This document shows positions 1 to 10,186 of a stretch of 64,000 bases of DNA, in pieces. A model generated the notes under the pieces. It had not been told where the DNA came from. It ran no database searches and saw only the letters and a program-made list of their open reading frames with translations. A program made the position numbers and the translations under genes. The stretch is taken from the IMG/VR virus record IMGVR_UViG_3300028048_003180, positions 44,710-108,709 of that record, one strand, 5' to 3'. The first letter of the stretch is position 1. Each line of letters begins with the position of its first letter. This DNA comes from a virus. Lineage: Duplodnaviria; Caudoviricetes.

Positions 1-1890
1 CGGGCAGATTTTGAGAAGACAAAATTGGATCCTAAAGAATTCAAGGATTGGGCCTTGCAAAAAGTTAATTGGGGAGATAGAAACCAGTCATTATATAACA
101 AGTATTATGCTTTAGCCTTGAGAGATTCAGGATATAAAAACTGGCCCACGATTAACGTAGAAAGAAATTTCACCCCGGGAAATACAAGTGCAAGTGGTAC
201 TAACTTCCGCCTTGCCTCTGTGAATGGACAAAAAGAGTCCGCATACATAAAGGAAAGTATGTCAGAAAAGCTCGATAAAGGTTACGGATTGGAAGGCTTT
301 TCTAAAAAAGACGCAGAGGATTTGGTTGATAAGATACTCTCGGCATTGGATGCAGGAAGCCTGCCGAAAGAGTACGAGGGGTTATTTCTTGTTCTTACAG
401 GACTTCAAGGGGAAGCTGAAGGTCTCAAGGCCGTCATAGAGGATAATACTCAGGCACAGATTAAGAATGCGGCAACACAAGAGGTTTTTGCACACAATGA
501 AAAACTGTTTGACTTCCTCGGCTCAAAAGGCGTGTTGGGAGAAGAGGCAAAGACCTTGGAAAACAGCAAGGCTTTCTCTGAAATGAACCCTAACAATCCT
601 CTCCTCCATAAAATTAACAATCCATTCCAAGATGAGCTGCTTGAATTCAATGGAATGGACAGGAATGTAAACTACAAGACTTACAGGAGACGGCGCGTTG
701 GTGACATGATGGACCTTTCAATGAGCGACAAAAATGGAAATGGGCTTCTTGATGAGGACGAAACGGCAAATAAGCTGAAGGCAGACAAAGAGACCCATGC
801 GGCAATGAGGGATTATCTTACCAACGGGATGGGAAAAAGGTTTGCCAAGGGACTCTATAAAAATGCTCCTGATGAGATAAAGAAAGAACTTGGTTCTAAT
901 TATGGGGAATTCCAGGAAAAGCTCAAAGGAATGAATGACACTGAACTTGACGACCTGTTTAGTCATTTCAAAGGAGGAGAAGGAGCCTTTGACGGTGTAA
1001 AGGCAAGCCTTGAGGAAGTCATCGCAAAAATGCAGGAAGCTGGTGAGCATTCTGCAATATTCCAAGACAAACTGACGCAGCTTGGAAACTCAATAAAAGA
1101 TGAGGCTCTTGGTGGGGCAATGAACGCGCTCAATACAGGCTTCACAAAAGCCGGAGACTTAGCCTACAAGCTCCAGAACAACCTCATAGAAGGTGCTGAC
1201 GCTACAATGGAAATGAAGAAAACCCTCGCGGGTGTAGCGGCAACCATGCTCCAGAACATAGGCTCGACAATGACTGACACAGGCCTTAAGATTGCAGGAG
1301 GAGCTGCAATGGATAGGAACTGGGGTATGGTTGCAGCAGGCCTTGCCCTCGCGGTTGCTGGTGGCGCGGCATCCTTCGGCGGTGGTATGCTAAGTGCCTT
1401 TGCAAGCGACAACAACAAAGGCAATAGTGACGAGGCGGAAGACCAGCTTGCAAGGCTTGAGGACTTAAAGGACAACCTTGCTGAGCTTCTCAAGCAGGCA
1501 AAGGACGATGCCATCTACTACGAGACCAACATGAGGAACAAGCAGGCTCTCGTATTCAATGACGCACTATCAAGCACGAGCGTTAACGATGCCATCATCA
1601 CTCCTAGGGGTGTAGTAAATACTGCTCCTGATGACTACATCATGGCCATGAAGGACCCGACTCAGCTTATGGGAAAGGGAGACGGCGGAACCAACGTAAG
1701 CTTCTCAATCGTCAATGAATCGGGCACTCCGATGACCGTCACAGGCTCCGAGACAAGGCAGAACGGAGACACGACCGAGATAACGGCAATCGTCAACGCC
1801 ATAGTACAGAAGTCCATGAATGACGGTGAGTATGACGACGTTATGGCGGGTATGCAGCTCAGACAGAGGGGAAGCCAGATTTCTTCCTAG
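1..1890 (+). CDS. Tail tape measure protein, C-terminal part (starts before window)
   Basis: Frame is open from base 1; helical Ala/Gly-rich protein with hydrophobic stretch GMVAAGLALAVAGGAASFGGG; lies directly upstream of tail-tip genes. Confidence 0.75.
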   Translation, partial: RADFEKTKLDPKEFKDWALQKVNWGDRNQSLYNKYYALALRDSGYKNWPTINVERNFTPGNTSASGTNFRLASVNGQKESAYIKESMSEKLDKGYGLEGFSKKDAEDLVDKILSALDAGSLPKEYEGLFLVLTGLQGEAEGLKAVIEDNTQAQIKNAATQEVFAHNEKLFDFLGSKGVLGEEAKTLENSKAFSEMNPNNPLLHKINNPFQDELLEFNGMDRNVNYKTYRRRRVGDMMDLSMSDKNGNGLLDEDETANKLKADKETHAAMRDYLTNGMGKRFAKGLYKNAPDEIKKELGSNYGEFQEKLKGMNDTELDDLFSHFKGGEGAFDGVKASLEEVIAKMQEAGEHSAIFQDKLTQLGNSIKDEALGGAMNALNTGFTKAGDLAYKLQNNLIEGADATMEMKKTLAGVAATMLQNIGSTMTDTGLKIAGGAAMDRNWGMVAAGLALAVAGGAASFGGGMLSAFASDNNKGNSDEAEDQLARLEDLKDNLAELLKQAKDDAIYYETNMRNKQALVFNDALSSTSVNDAIITPRGVVNTAPDDYIMAMKDPTQLMGKGDGGTNVSFSIVNESGTPMTVTGSETRQNGDTTEITAIVNAIVQKSMNDGEYDDVMAGMQLRQRGSQISS

Positions 1891-1893
1891 TTT

Positions 1894-1922
1894 TTGCTAA
1901 AAAAAAGCCGGGGGATTACAGT
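1894..1922 (+). promoter_or_regulatory. Putative late promoter TTGCTA-A7-N10-TACAGT (near-leaderless)
   Basis: 17-bp spacer; same architecture recurs at 14071, 18784 and 48625 (minus). Confidence 0.55.
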
Positions 1923-1930
1923 CAGTCATT

Positions 1931-2689
1931 ATGAAGATAGTAGACTGGCCCTCCGGCGTAAACAGGATAGTCCTTAACGAAGCCTCACTTTCACTGGCAG
2001 AGAACGGCGTAGAATCTGACAAGAGCGACAACGGCTCTGAAGTGTCCCGCCTCAAGGCTTCGGGCACTCCAGACAGGTTCCAGGTCTCAATGTACTTCTC
2101 AAACTCCAGGACTGACTCTTTCTACAGGAACCACACGGATGCCTTGGGAAACCATTACACCGAATGGAAGAAATGGTCGGACTGGTTCAAATTCGTAACC
2201 ATGAACGGTATGCACCCGTTCTACTTCTCCGACATACAGAAGCCTGACGGCGGCGCAAAGATATACAAGATTTCAAGCGGAGGCCTGCCTCACGGAACTC
2301 CAGCCGGAGAGTACGTCAAGGTCACAATGACATGGATTGAGGTTTTCAACGAGTACATCACCGTCCAGCAGGAAGAGACGCTGGCTGACTCAATCGACAT
2401 AAACCCTGGCATGATAGACCTCCGTTTTACTGAAAAGCCGGAGGAGACACCCAAGCTGGAAGATTTCAGGGACGCAGAGGGCAACCCGCTGTCGGAGTTC
2501 TCCGTTGACGACGGGCAGACATGGAGCCCGCTTGTGCTCAATGAGATTGACTATGACGGCCAGAAGTCGGCAATCCTCTACTACGATTCCGGCATGACGG
2601 CAATAGACGGCCAGACCTACTACGTAAGGCTCAAGTACAAGGACGGCGGCTGGATAACAAACGCCTTTACTTACTGTGCGGAGGAATAG
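1931..2689 (+). CDS. Distal tail / minor tail protein (Dit, gpM-like position)
   Basis: 252 aa; first gene after TMP; N-terminal WP motif and W..WF...NG..PF.F segment resembling gpM-like proteins. Confidence 0.55.
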   Translation: MKIVDWPSGVNRIVLNEASLSLAENGVESDKSDNGSEVSRLKASGTPDRFQVSMYFSNSRTDSFYRNHTDALGNHYTEWKKWSDWFKFVTMNGMHPFYFSDIQKPDGGAKIYKISSGGLPHGTPAGEYVKVTMTWIEVFNEYITVQQEETLADSIDINPGMIDLRFTEKPEETPKLEDFRDAEGNPLSEFSVDDGQTWSPLVLNEIDYDGQKSAILYYDSGMTAIDGQTYYVRLKYKDGGWITNAFTYCAEE

Positions 2690-2692
2690 AAG

Positions 2693-3262
2693 ATGGCAGA
2701 CCCTGTAAGACACTTTTCAAATTATGTGCTGGACTCTTCGGCACAGGAATCGGATTCGACGTTCCTTCCCGTCCTTATAGACATAAGGCACAGCGGAATC
2801 TACTGGGGCCCTGACGCAGGCGGTGAGACCTCTCAGGAAAACGGACACTTGAGGCTTGTCAATGACGTAAGGGGGCTTAGATTCAAGGGGGACTCCCCTG
2901 CTCCGCTCTGGTATGCTCCCTGTACTTTCTCATTCAAACCCGGCAAGGACGACGGCAAGAACAAGGCGAATGCAAGCGTAACAATTTCGGCTGCTGACTC
3001 AAGGATTATAGAAGTCATAAGGAGCATAGAGGAAGATTTGACATGCCAGGTCGTTGCCCTCTATGCGAAGGTAAAGAACGCAGAGGGTGGCATCTCATAT
3101 ACGTTCACGAAGATATATGGCAAGGAGTTTGAGATGACCTCCGTAAACTGGGACGGCATTTCTGCCCAGTGGACGTTGAACCCTGACAGTACGCTGGACA
3201 TGAACACTCCAAGGGACAAAGGCTCATTGTTCAGGTTTCCGTCCGTAATGGTGAAGGTGTAG
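2693..3262 (+). CDS. Minor tail protein (DUF1833/gpL-like)
   Basis: 189 aa; LRLVND...Y.PC.F pattern; synteny between Dit and NlpC/P60. Confidence 0.55.
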   Translation: MADPVRHFSNYVLDSSAQESDSTFLPVLIDIRHSGIYWGPDAGGETSQENGHLRLVNDVRGLRFKGDSPAPLWYAPCTFSFKPGKDDGKNKANASVTISAADSRIIEVIRSIEEDLTCQVVALYAKVKNAEGGISYTFTKIYGKEFEMTSVNWDGISAQWTLNPDSTLDMNTPRDKGSLFRFPSVMVKV

Positions 3263-3266
3263 CGGC

Positions 3267-3650
3267 ATGGTGGACATATCTGACCTTCTTGGGGTGCGAT
3301 ACAGGGAGCACGGCAGGAGTACTGACGGCTTTGACTGCTACGGATTTGCCATCGAAGTTGGCAAGAGGTTCGGTTATGAGCTCCCGGATTTTGACTATAT
3401 AAGGCACTCTGACCCTTTGTTTGAGGACAAGAGTTCACGGCTTATTGAGGAAGGGTTCGGGAGGAAGATTCCTGTTCCGGTGGAAGGTGCAATCCTTCTC
3501 TTCCAGAACGTGTGCGGAATGAAGAACCACATCGGAATATACATGGGTGACGGACTGTTTGCCCATTGCGGGAAGGAAGGCAGCAGCATGGAGCGTCTTT
3601 GCGACTGGAAGGACAAGCTTGGAGGTATCTACTTATGGCAAAAGTTATAG
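3267..3650 (+). CDS. NlpC/P60 tail-assembly peptidase (gpK-like)
   Basis: G..Y...GRS.DGFDCYG and HIGIY.G.G.F.H catalytic motifs. Confidence 0.9.
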   Translation: MVDISDLLGVRYREHGRSTDGFDCYGFAIEVGKRFGYELPDFDYIRHSDPLFEDKSSRLIEEGFGRKIPVPVEGAILLFQNVCGMKNHIGIYMGDGLFAHCGKEGSSMERLCDWKDKLGGIYLWQKL

Positions 3651-6600
3651 TATTCAATGACATATTCGACACAAGAGACACCAACGTAATAGACGTAGAG
3701 AAGGTTCAGACGGTAAGGGACGTACTGTACGAGGGCAAGTACAATGTTCGTGACTACAGTTCCCAAGTGGAGGTCTATGACCCTGACACGGGGGAAACAT
3801 CATACCTTGCCATAAAGGATGACGGCGGACAGGCACTCAACGTCTGCGTCAAGGTCAACGGGCTTGTGAAGGACCTGTCATACGAGATACAGCCAGCTGA
3901 TGCGGTAGTCGTAGAGATACTGCCCGCTTCATCAGTGAGCAAGACCATCGAGGGAACCCTCGGTACTATATTCACAGTGGTCGGCGGCCTTGCGATGGCA
4001 GTGGGAGCTGCAATGCTCACTGTGGGAACGGGCGGTATAGGACTTGCGGTTGGACTTATGGTTGCCGGTGGACTCCTTGTCGCAGCCGGAACCTACATGA
4101 TTATGGATTCCCTTAAGTTCGACTATCCCGATGAGCAGAAGGCAGGCAAGAGCCTGACGGAAGAGCAGAGGAAAAAACTTGAAGGCGCGACCAACCAGAA
4201 CCTTATTGACATGCCGTTCCCTGTGGTGGTCGGCAAGATTGACGTTACCCCGTACACGGTGGGTACGCAGTACAACGAGCTTGTGTACAATGGCAGTAGC
4301 TGGGACGAATTCTTCGGAAGCAGGATGAGGACGACCCAGCTCCTTGCAATAGGCTACGCACCCCTCCTCCTCAAGGACATTAAGTTTGACGAGCTTGTGT
4401 CAGCCCACAACAACAACAACATACTGAACGGCGAACTCTCGTACCTTAATAATGACAACGACGTTCCCGGACACAGGCCCTCCACGTTCAACGGCAAGCC
4501 GCAGGTGGCTGACATTGAATCCAAGTGGAGGGGCAACAAGGTAAGGATGGAGATTTCCCAGTTCGGAAGGGACAGGAGTATATATCCGTTCACCGTCAAG
4601 CAGCAGAAGGTTGACGCTCCACTCCTCTATTGCTATGACGGACAGTATGCCGAGGTTGCCAATGACAGGCACATATCATGGCAGGGGGCATCGCTCCAGT
4701 GCGGCATGAGGACCAACACCATAAGGTTCTCAGACGGAATTCCCTACAAGGTGGTGGTCGGCATTGACATACCGGGCGGCCTTTGGGAAGCCAACAACAT
4801 AAAGGAAAAGACCGACACAAGGTATTCAAAGATACCAATGAACCTTGTCGTTCAGTGGAGGCCTGTCTACAAGTACATATCTGACAACGGGCTTGACTCT
4901 GCGGGTGCCGCCGGTGACGTTTATGACCGCAACAGGGACGGCTACGGAGTCCTCAGATATTCAGGATGGAGGAATTTCTCCGGCACGTCATACCTTGACG
5001 GAAAGTGGGCTGGCCCGGTCAAGCAGTGTACGTACACGGGCAACTCCCTGTCCTACTTCGTCTACAAGGACGGCAACACCCCGGCCTACAGGGACGGTTA
5101 TTACGGTTACTTCGTAAACAACAGCGGATACACGCTCACGGGAACGTTCCATAAGGTCCAGAAAAAGACTGACGAGGCCACCCTTTACAGGGAAAAATTT
5201 CTTTCCCTCATAAGGGACTGGGAAAGGCAGCATACGACAAGGGAAAGCTACATTAATGCCATATCTCCGACAAAGGGGTACGTCACGGTGGTCAACGAGG
5301 ACGGCACCAGGGCGGTCATGCCGTACCAGGCTTACTGGAAGAGCTATATATACCCGGAGATAAAGGAGTCCGTCCCTGATTCCGTCCGCCTCAGCCTTGA
5401 GGACCAGGCCCGTACATACGCAAGGAACAAGGTGGCCTCGCAGGATGCCGACTGGTGCGCCAGCCACCAGAACTACAACAACGGGACGACGTGGCACAAG
5501 ATGTCGTCACAGGAGATTATCGACTACAGTAATGCGGGCAAACTCAACGTGTCCTTTCATAATGAAAAGCAGAAGACTTGGGTCGGTCCCGGTAACTATA
5601 TCGGAGCACCCCAAGGCTACTGGCATACTGAAACGGTCAGAGTCTACGACTACTCGAGCGCAAGTTCCGACGTTTTAATCCAGAACGGTGTTCCTTACGC
5701 TCAGGACAACCCCTATGCGAATTCAATCGCCCAGATAGAGGTAAATGCAAACAAGGGCCTTTCGGCAGGAACGGGAGCCAACAGCAACCCGACATGGTTC
5801 GGGGTGAGGTGCTTCTCGCTCGGCGAGTTCTCGCTTGGCAAGACGTTCTACCAGAGGGACATGTCGGAACCGAACTTCCAGTCAGCCCTTAATATTGGTG
5901 CGAATGACGTTGACAATGCAAAGGACGAGATGCGCTTCGAGATTTGTGCGGAGCTCACCCAAGAGGACATCCTTGACCTCCTGAACAGGAACCCAAGGTC
6001 CATAAGGGCCGGGGAAGACGGAGAGGTGCCTGAGCTTCTGGGCAAGACGAACTGCATCATAGACTCAATCCAGGTCCGCGTGGTAAGGCTTACCCCCTGC
6101 TATATCGACAACAACAGCGGGGAGATTAAGTACAAATACTCCGATGTCGTCAAGTGGAGCTACTTGAGGACGTACTGCCTTGACAAGCAGAGGCTCCTTG
6201 ACAGCATAGACAACAAGACGGAGGATGCCATAGTCGGCGGCAAGGCAGTCAAGATTGCCCCTATAGACTGCTCCCTTGAGACGTTCGACAGTAGGGACCC
6301 GGACATACATGAGTACCCGACGTGGAACACATGGGACATACTTTCGTTCCGTTCCGTCCCTGTGGCAAAGGAGGACGAGGAGAAGCTGTGCCTCCTTGGG
6401 GTCGAGGCCGAGCCTGACCCGCTGGGTGTCATGTCCGACAGTCTGAACAAGATAAGCCTTACGGCCCATGCCGTCACGCCGTCACTGAGGTCGAACTACA
6501 TACGCTATTGGTATACGGATGGCATTGGCTATTGGAAATATGACTCCTACGACACCCTTGAGACGAAGGATTCAGAGGAGCTTTACCTCACGTTCTCCCA

Positions 6601-9600
6601 GAGGGACTTCAGGTGGAAGCGCACTACTGCGGAGGAATTTACGGAAACACCCAAGTCCGTGCTCAAGAAGAACGGGACTACCCGCGTAGGATACTACTTC
6701 TCTGAAATGCACAACGCATGGGACAAAAAGTGGTTCCCGGCAAAGATTGAGAAGCGGCAGTGCATACAGTACATAACGGATGCCAACGGTGAGATAGTCT
6801 ACAATGAGGCAGGAGACCCGCTCATAGAGATGACGAGGGACGGCAACGACTGGATTCCGTTCATTTACAAGGAGATGGCGAGGAATACCGACTCCCTGGG
6901 AAGGTGGGTTGCAAGCAATGCGTTCCTCAGAACGTTCACGGAGCAGAACTCCATCGGGCAGCTTTTGGGGTTTGCCTGCGGGCAGAGCCTTGGCAGGAAT
7001 GCCTACTTCTACAATTCGCTCAACGACGACAAGTTCATACGGTACTGGTACGACGACGTATCAAAGGGAAAATACTACTACTTCGACACGGACGACACCG
7101 TGCTTGACCTGGAGCACAAGCCTGTATGGAGCGATGAGGGTGACCCTTATGACCTCCCGCAGTGGACTTATGACGGATGGGCGGAAGGTTCGGAAATAGA
7201 GTTCCGCTCCGCCTCACTTACAGAAATCGGCAGCGGTTATTACTACAGCATAAGGAAGGCAGACAACGCCTTCAACATGATGGCCCTCAAGGAAGCCTTT
7301 GAATATACGGAGGCTATAGACATAGGAAAAAGTGCGGTGGGCCCCATCCCGTACAAGTGCAACATGTACATAACGAACCAGCAGAAGGCACTCGCGCTAA
7401 TGCAGACAATTCTTGTCACCGCGAGGGCGTTCTGGTTCTTCGATGAATACGGACGCTTCGAGGTTCACAACGACAAGCCCAAAAAGAACCCTGTCCTTAT
7501 GATAACGGACGAGAACTCCCTCCAGTCGTCGAATACGAGGGACTTTTCAAGGGGAATAGCAGGCTACCACATTACGTTCCAGGATGAGTCCAACGGATTC
7601 CAGACGGGGGAAGTCTACGTACTGAGGGAGGGGCAGACAAGGAACTCCCATACAAGGGATATAATTGACCAGACGATAAACGGCGTTACGAACGCGGAGC
7701 AGGCATGGTGCCTTGGCGCATACATGCTTGCCTGTTCCATAACCCAGAAGGAGTCATGGTCAAGGAAGCTCAACCATGTAGGCGGAAGCCTGACGATAGG
7801 CTCGCTTGTCTCCGTCCAGAGCTCAACCCTTATGATAGGGACTGACACTTCGGGAAGGATTGTAAGGCTTATAGAGGACGAGAATTTCATCTACGGGTTC
7901 ATCTGCGACCTCACCTATGACTACAGGGAAGAGTATGGGCAGAATGGCGAGAACGTACAGGGATGCTCCATCTTCCAGGCAGGGGCAAAGAGTCACTCAA
8001 AGGTTGTAACTCTCAGGTTTGCCAGTGCCGCACAACAGCAGCAGGGAATAACGGTGGAAACGGAGGACCCAGAATACGCAATCAACAGCGGAACATACGC
8101 AAACCTTAAGGGTCAGACGAATCTGGTACTCTTTGAAAAGAAAATAATTAAGCAGACGGAGCGGGAGCTTGAGCAGGGGAATGACGAGGAGACGGGAACC
8201 AAGGTGTTCACCCAGTTCATTCCAAAGCCGGGGGACGTGGTTGCCTTCGGCAACGTAGGCACAATCACGAAGCTTGGTGTCGTCTACCAGCTTTCCTTTG
8301 ACGAAAAGCACCATGTAACTGCCGGGATTTACCCCTATTACGAATCAATCTACCATGCAGGACGCTCACTCCCTGTACTGGAATCGTCCATGACGAAGCT
8401 TCCAAGGAACGACAATGCCCCTGTAGACTTTAGTGCGACATTCTCTGACGTAAGCGCAGCCATAGACGAGGCGAATAAGAATACGGCGGCCGCAATAAAC
8501 GGGCTTGTGAATGGAGGCGGTGACAGCAGTGCCGTGCCTGATGCCCCTGTAATGCTTGAGGCAAAGGCCTTTGAAAAGGAGATTCTGCTTAAGGCCCGTG
8601 CTGACGGTGCAGGCCTTAAGAACAGTGTGGTTGAAGTTGACTGGCAGCTGTTTAAGTGGACACCTGACGTAGAGACTGCGGACGAGAACTTGTGGGACTG
8701 GGAGGACGCGGGCACGACACCTACGCTTAGCGGGGAGTATGTGTTTGACAGGGACACTGACGGCTATCCTGAAAGGGAGGACCTGAACGGGACTGAATCT
8801 GCCTGGTTCTTCAGGTGCCGGATAAAGAATCAGTACGGGAATGACTCTGAATGGAGCCGCAAGATGGCGGTGCAGACCTACAGGTATGGCACTTGGCTGC
8901 TCGGTGCGCCCGCAATAGTGCCGAGAGTTACCAGCAGGTGTGTTACGCTGAAACTTTCCCAGCCACCAAGGGCGGGGGACAGGGAGCAGTACGGAACCGT
9001 TCGCTACAGGATTGAGGTAATGCGCCCTGACATTGATGAAAATTACTTCAAGCCTTCTATTGACCTCAACCCATATGCTGCAGAGGAGAACTACAAGGAC
9101 GGTGAGGGATATGTCATAAGCGACGGTACGTACATACAGGTGATGCCTCTCAAGGGACAGGATTCAGAACTAATAGAAAACACGTTGTACATGTTCCGCG
9201 TAACGGCAGAGAATGAGACCAGTATATCTGAGAGTTCCGTTATAAATGTAATCACTGAATGTGACTCTATACGCGACATAGTGAAGGCCCGTGAGACTGC
9301 AAAGGAAGCCTACATATCACAGCTTTCCGCAATCAGCGCGAACATGGGGTGCATATCAAGCGGTTCTTTCAACGGCTCGGACACAAACTTTTGGGAGCTT
9401 TCCTCTTTTATTGATGATTTTAATGTAAACCATCATGAGGGGGCATTCCGGGTAGGAGGAGTGGACGAATTTCTGCATGTAATTCCTGTTGACGAGGATG
9501 GTAATGACATAACGAGTGATACCCCCGTTTCTGTTGAACCCGCATCGTACCGCATTGAATTTCAGATCGGCAACTTCAAGGTAAAGTCAGACCAGACGAA

Positions 9601-10186
9601 CTTTATCAACGAACTTACCATATACAACGACAAAGACTATTCAGAGCGGCTCTGCGTGTCATACACAGGCTTGCTCAGGCAGGTTCTGCCGGGGGCAACG
9701 TCACCGGACGACTGGGGGAATGCCGCACCCGGAAGCATAACAAGCGTACCTTTCGCAAAGGCGACAAAGGAGGGGAACGCCTGCTTTACAAACGTCCCTA
9801 TTGAAGAGCTTCCGGCTACAAAGCGGTTCGTTACTGGCACCCAGTCGGCCTACAACCTTCAGGATACGGTGACTGACATATACGGGCAGAACCCTGAGAA
9901 TTTAGTCCTTGACCAGGCCAACCTCATAAACACGGCAGAAGGTTGCCCTGTGCTTGTTAATGAAGGAGTCCCCGTCACAAAAGCCTACGAGGGGGAGATA
10001 AAGATAGACAAGGAAAGCAAGTACGTTGCTTACTGGAATAAGGGTGGGGTCAGGTGTGATTCAGGAACCGCAAGGAGCGTATTCGAGGCGGCAAGAGAAG
10101 CCTGGCGAGCCAGCAGGAGTACGGAATGGGGACTGACACAAGAACAGGCCAGCACACTTGACCTTGAAGACATGGAGGAATTATGA
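3635..10186 (+). CDS. Tail tip / central fibre protein (gpI-like N-terminus fused to gpJ-like host-specificity protein), 2183 aa
   Basis: ATG 3635 after GGAGG; ubiquitin-like N-terminus, hydrophobic segment, P.VVG motif, FN3-like repeats, ISQLSAISANMG.I..G C-terminal motif. Confidence 0.8.
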   Translation: MAKVIVFNDIFDTRDTNVIDVEKVQTVRDVLYEGKYNVRDYSSQVEVYDPDTGETSYLAIKDDGGQALNVCVKVNGLVKDLSYEIQPADAVVVEILPASSVSKTIEGTLGTIFTVVGGLAMAVGAAMLTVGTGGIGLAVGLMVAGGLLVAAGTYMIMDSLKFDYPDEQKAGKSLTEEQRKKLEGATNQNLIDMPFPVVVGKIDVTPYTVGTQYNELVYNGSSWDEFFGSRMRTTQLLAIGYAPLLLKDIKFDELVSAHNNNNILNGELSYLNNDNDVPGHRPSTFNGKPQVADIESKWRGNKVRMEISQFGRDRSIYPFTVKQQKVDAPLLYCYDGQYAEVANDRHISWQGASLQCGMRTNTIRFSDGIPYKVVVGIDIPGGLWEANNIKEKTDTRYSKIPMNLVVQWRPVYKYISDNGLDSAGAAGDVYDRNRDGYGVLRYSGWRNFSGTSYLDGKWAGPVKQCTYTGNSLSYFVYKDGNTPAYRDGYYGYFVNNSGYTLTGTFHKVQKKTDEATLYREKFLSLIRDWERQHTTRESYINAISPTKGYVTVVNEDGTRAVMPYQAYWKSYIYPEIKESVPDSVRLSLEDQARTYARNKVASQDADWCASHQNYNNGTTWHKMSSQEIIDYSNAGKLNVSFHNEKQKTWVGPGNYIGAPQGYWHTETVRVYDYSSASSDVLIQNGVPYAQDNPYANSIAQIEVNANKGLSAGTGANSNPTWFGVRCFSLGEFSLGKTFYQRDMSEPNFQSALNIGANDVDNAKDEMRFEICAELTQEDILDLLNRNPRSIRAGEDGEVPELLGKTNCIIDSIQVRVVRLTPCYIDNNSGEIKYKYSDVVKWSYLRTYCLDKQRLLDSIDNKTEDAIVGGKAVKIAPIDCSLETFDSRDPDIHEYPTWNTWDILSFRSVPVAKEDEEKLCLLGVEAEPDPLGVMSDSLNKISLTAHAVTPSLRSNYIRYWYTDGIGYWKYDSYDTLETKDSEELYLTFSQRDFRWKRTTAEEFTETPKSVLKKNGTTRVGYYFSEMHNAWDKKWFPAKIEKRQCIQYITDANGEIVYNEAGDPLIEMTRDGNDWIPFIYKEMARNTDSLGRWVASNAFLRTFTEQNSIGQLLGFACGQSLGRNAYFYNSLNDDKFIRYWYDDVSKGKYYYFDTDDTVLDLEHKPVWSDEGDPYDLPQWTYDGWAEGSEIEFRSASLTEIGSGYYYSIRKADNAFNMMALKEAFEYTEAIDIGKSAVGPIPYKCNMYITNQQKALALMQTILVTARAFWFFDEYGRFEVHNDKPKKNPVLMITDENSLQSSNTRDFSRGIAGYHITFQDESNGFQTGEVYVLREGQTRNSHTRDIIDQTINGVTNAEQAWCLGAYMLACSITQKESWSRKLNHVGGSLTIGSLVSVQSSTLMIGTDTSGRIVRLIEDENFIYGFICDLTYDYREEYGQNGENVQGCSIFQAGAKSHSKVVTLRFASAAQQQQGITVETEDPEYAINSGTYANLKGQTNLVLFEKKIIKQTERELEQGNDEETGTKVFTQFIPKPGDVVAFGNVGTITKLGVVYQLSFDEKHHVTAGIYPYYESIYHAGRSLPVLESSMTKLPRNDNAPVDFSATFSDVSAAIDEANKNTAAAINGLVNGGGDSSAVPDAPVMLEAKAFEKEILLKARADGAGLKNSVVEVDWQLFKWTPDVETADENLWDWEDAGTTPTLSGEYVFDRDTDGYPEREDLNGTESAWFFRCRIKNQYGNDSEWSRKMAVQTYRYGTWLLGAPAIVPRVTSRCVTLKLSQPPRAGDREQYGTVRYRIEVMRPDIDENYFKPSIDLNPYAAEENYKDGEGYVISDGTYIQVMPLKGQDSELIENTLYMFRVTAENETSISESSVINVITECDSIRDIVKARETAKEAYISQLSAISANMGCISSGSFNGSDTNFWELSSFIDDFNVNHHEGAFRVGGVDEFLHVIPVDEDGNDITSDTPVSVEPASYRIEFQIGNFKVKSDQTNFINELTIYNDKDYSERLCVSYTGLLRQVLPGATSPDDWGNAAPGSITSVPFAKATKEGNACFTNVPIEELPATKRFVTGTQSAYNLQDTVTDIYGQNPENLVLDQANLINTAEGCPVLVNEGVPVTKAYEGEIKIDKESKYVAYWNKGGVRCDSGTARSVFEAAREAWRASRSTEWGLTQEQASTLDLEDMEEL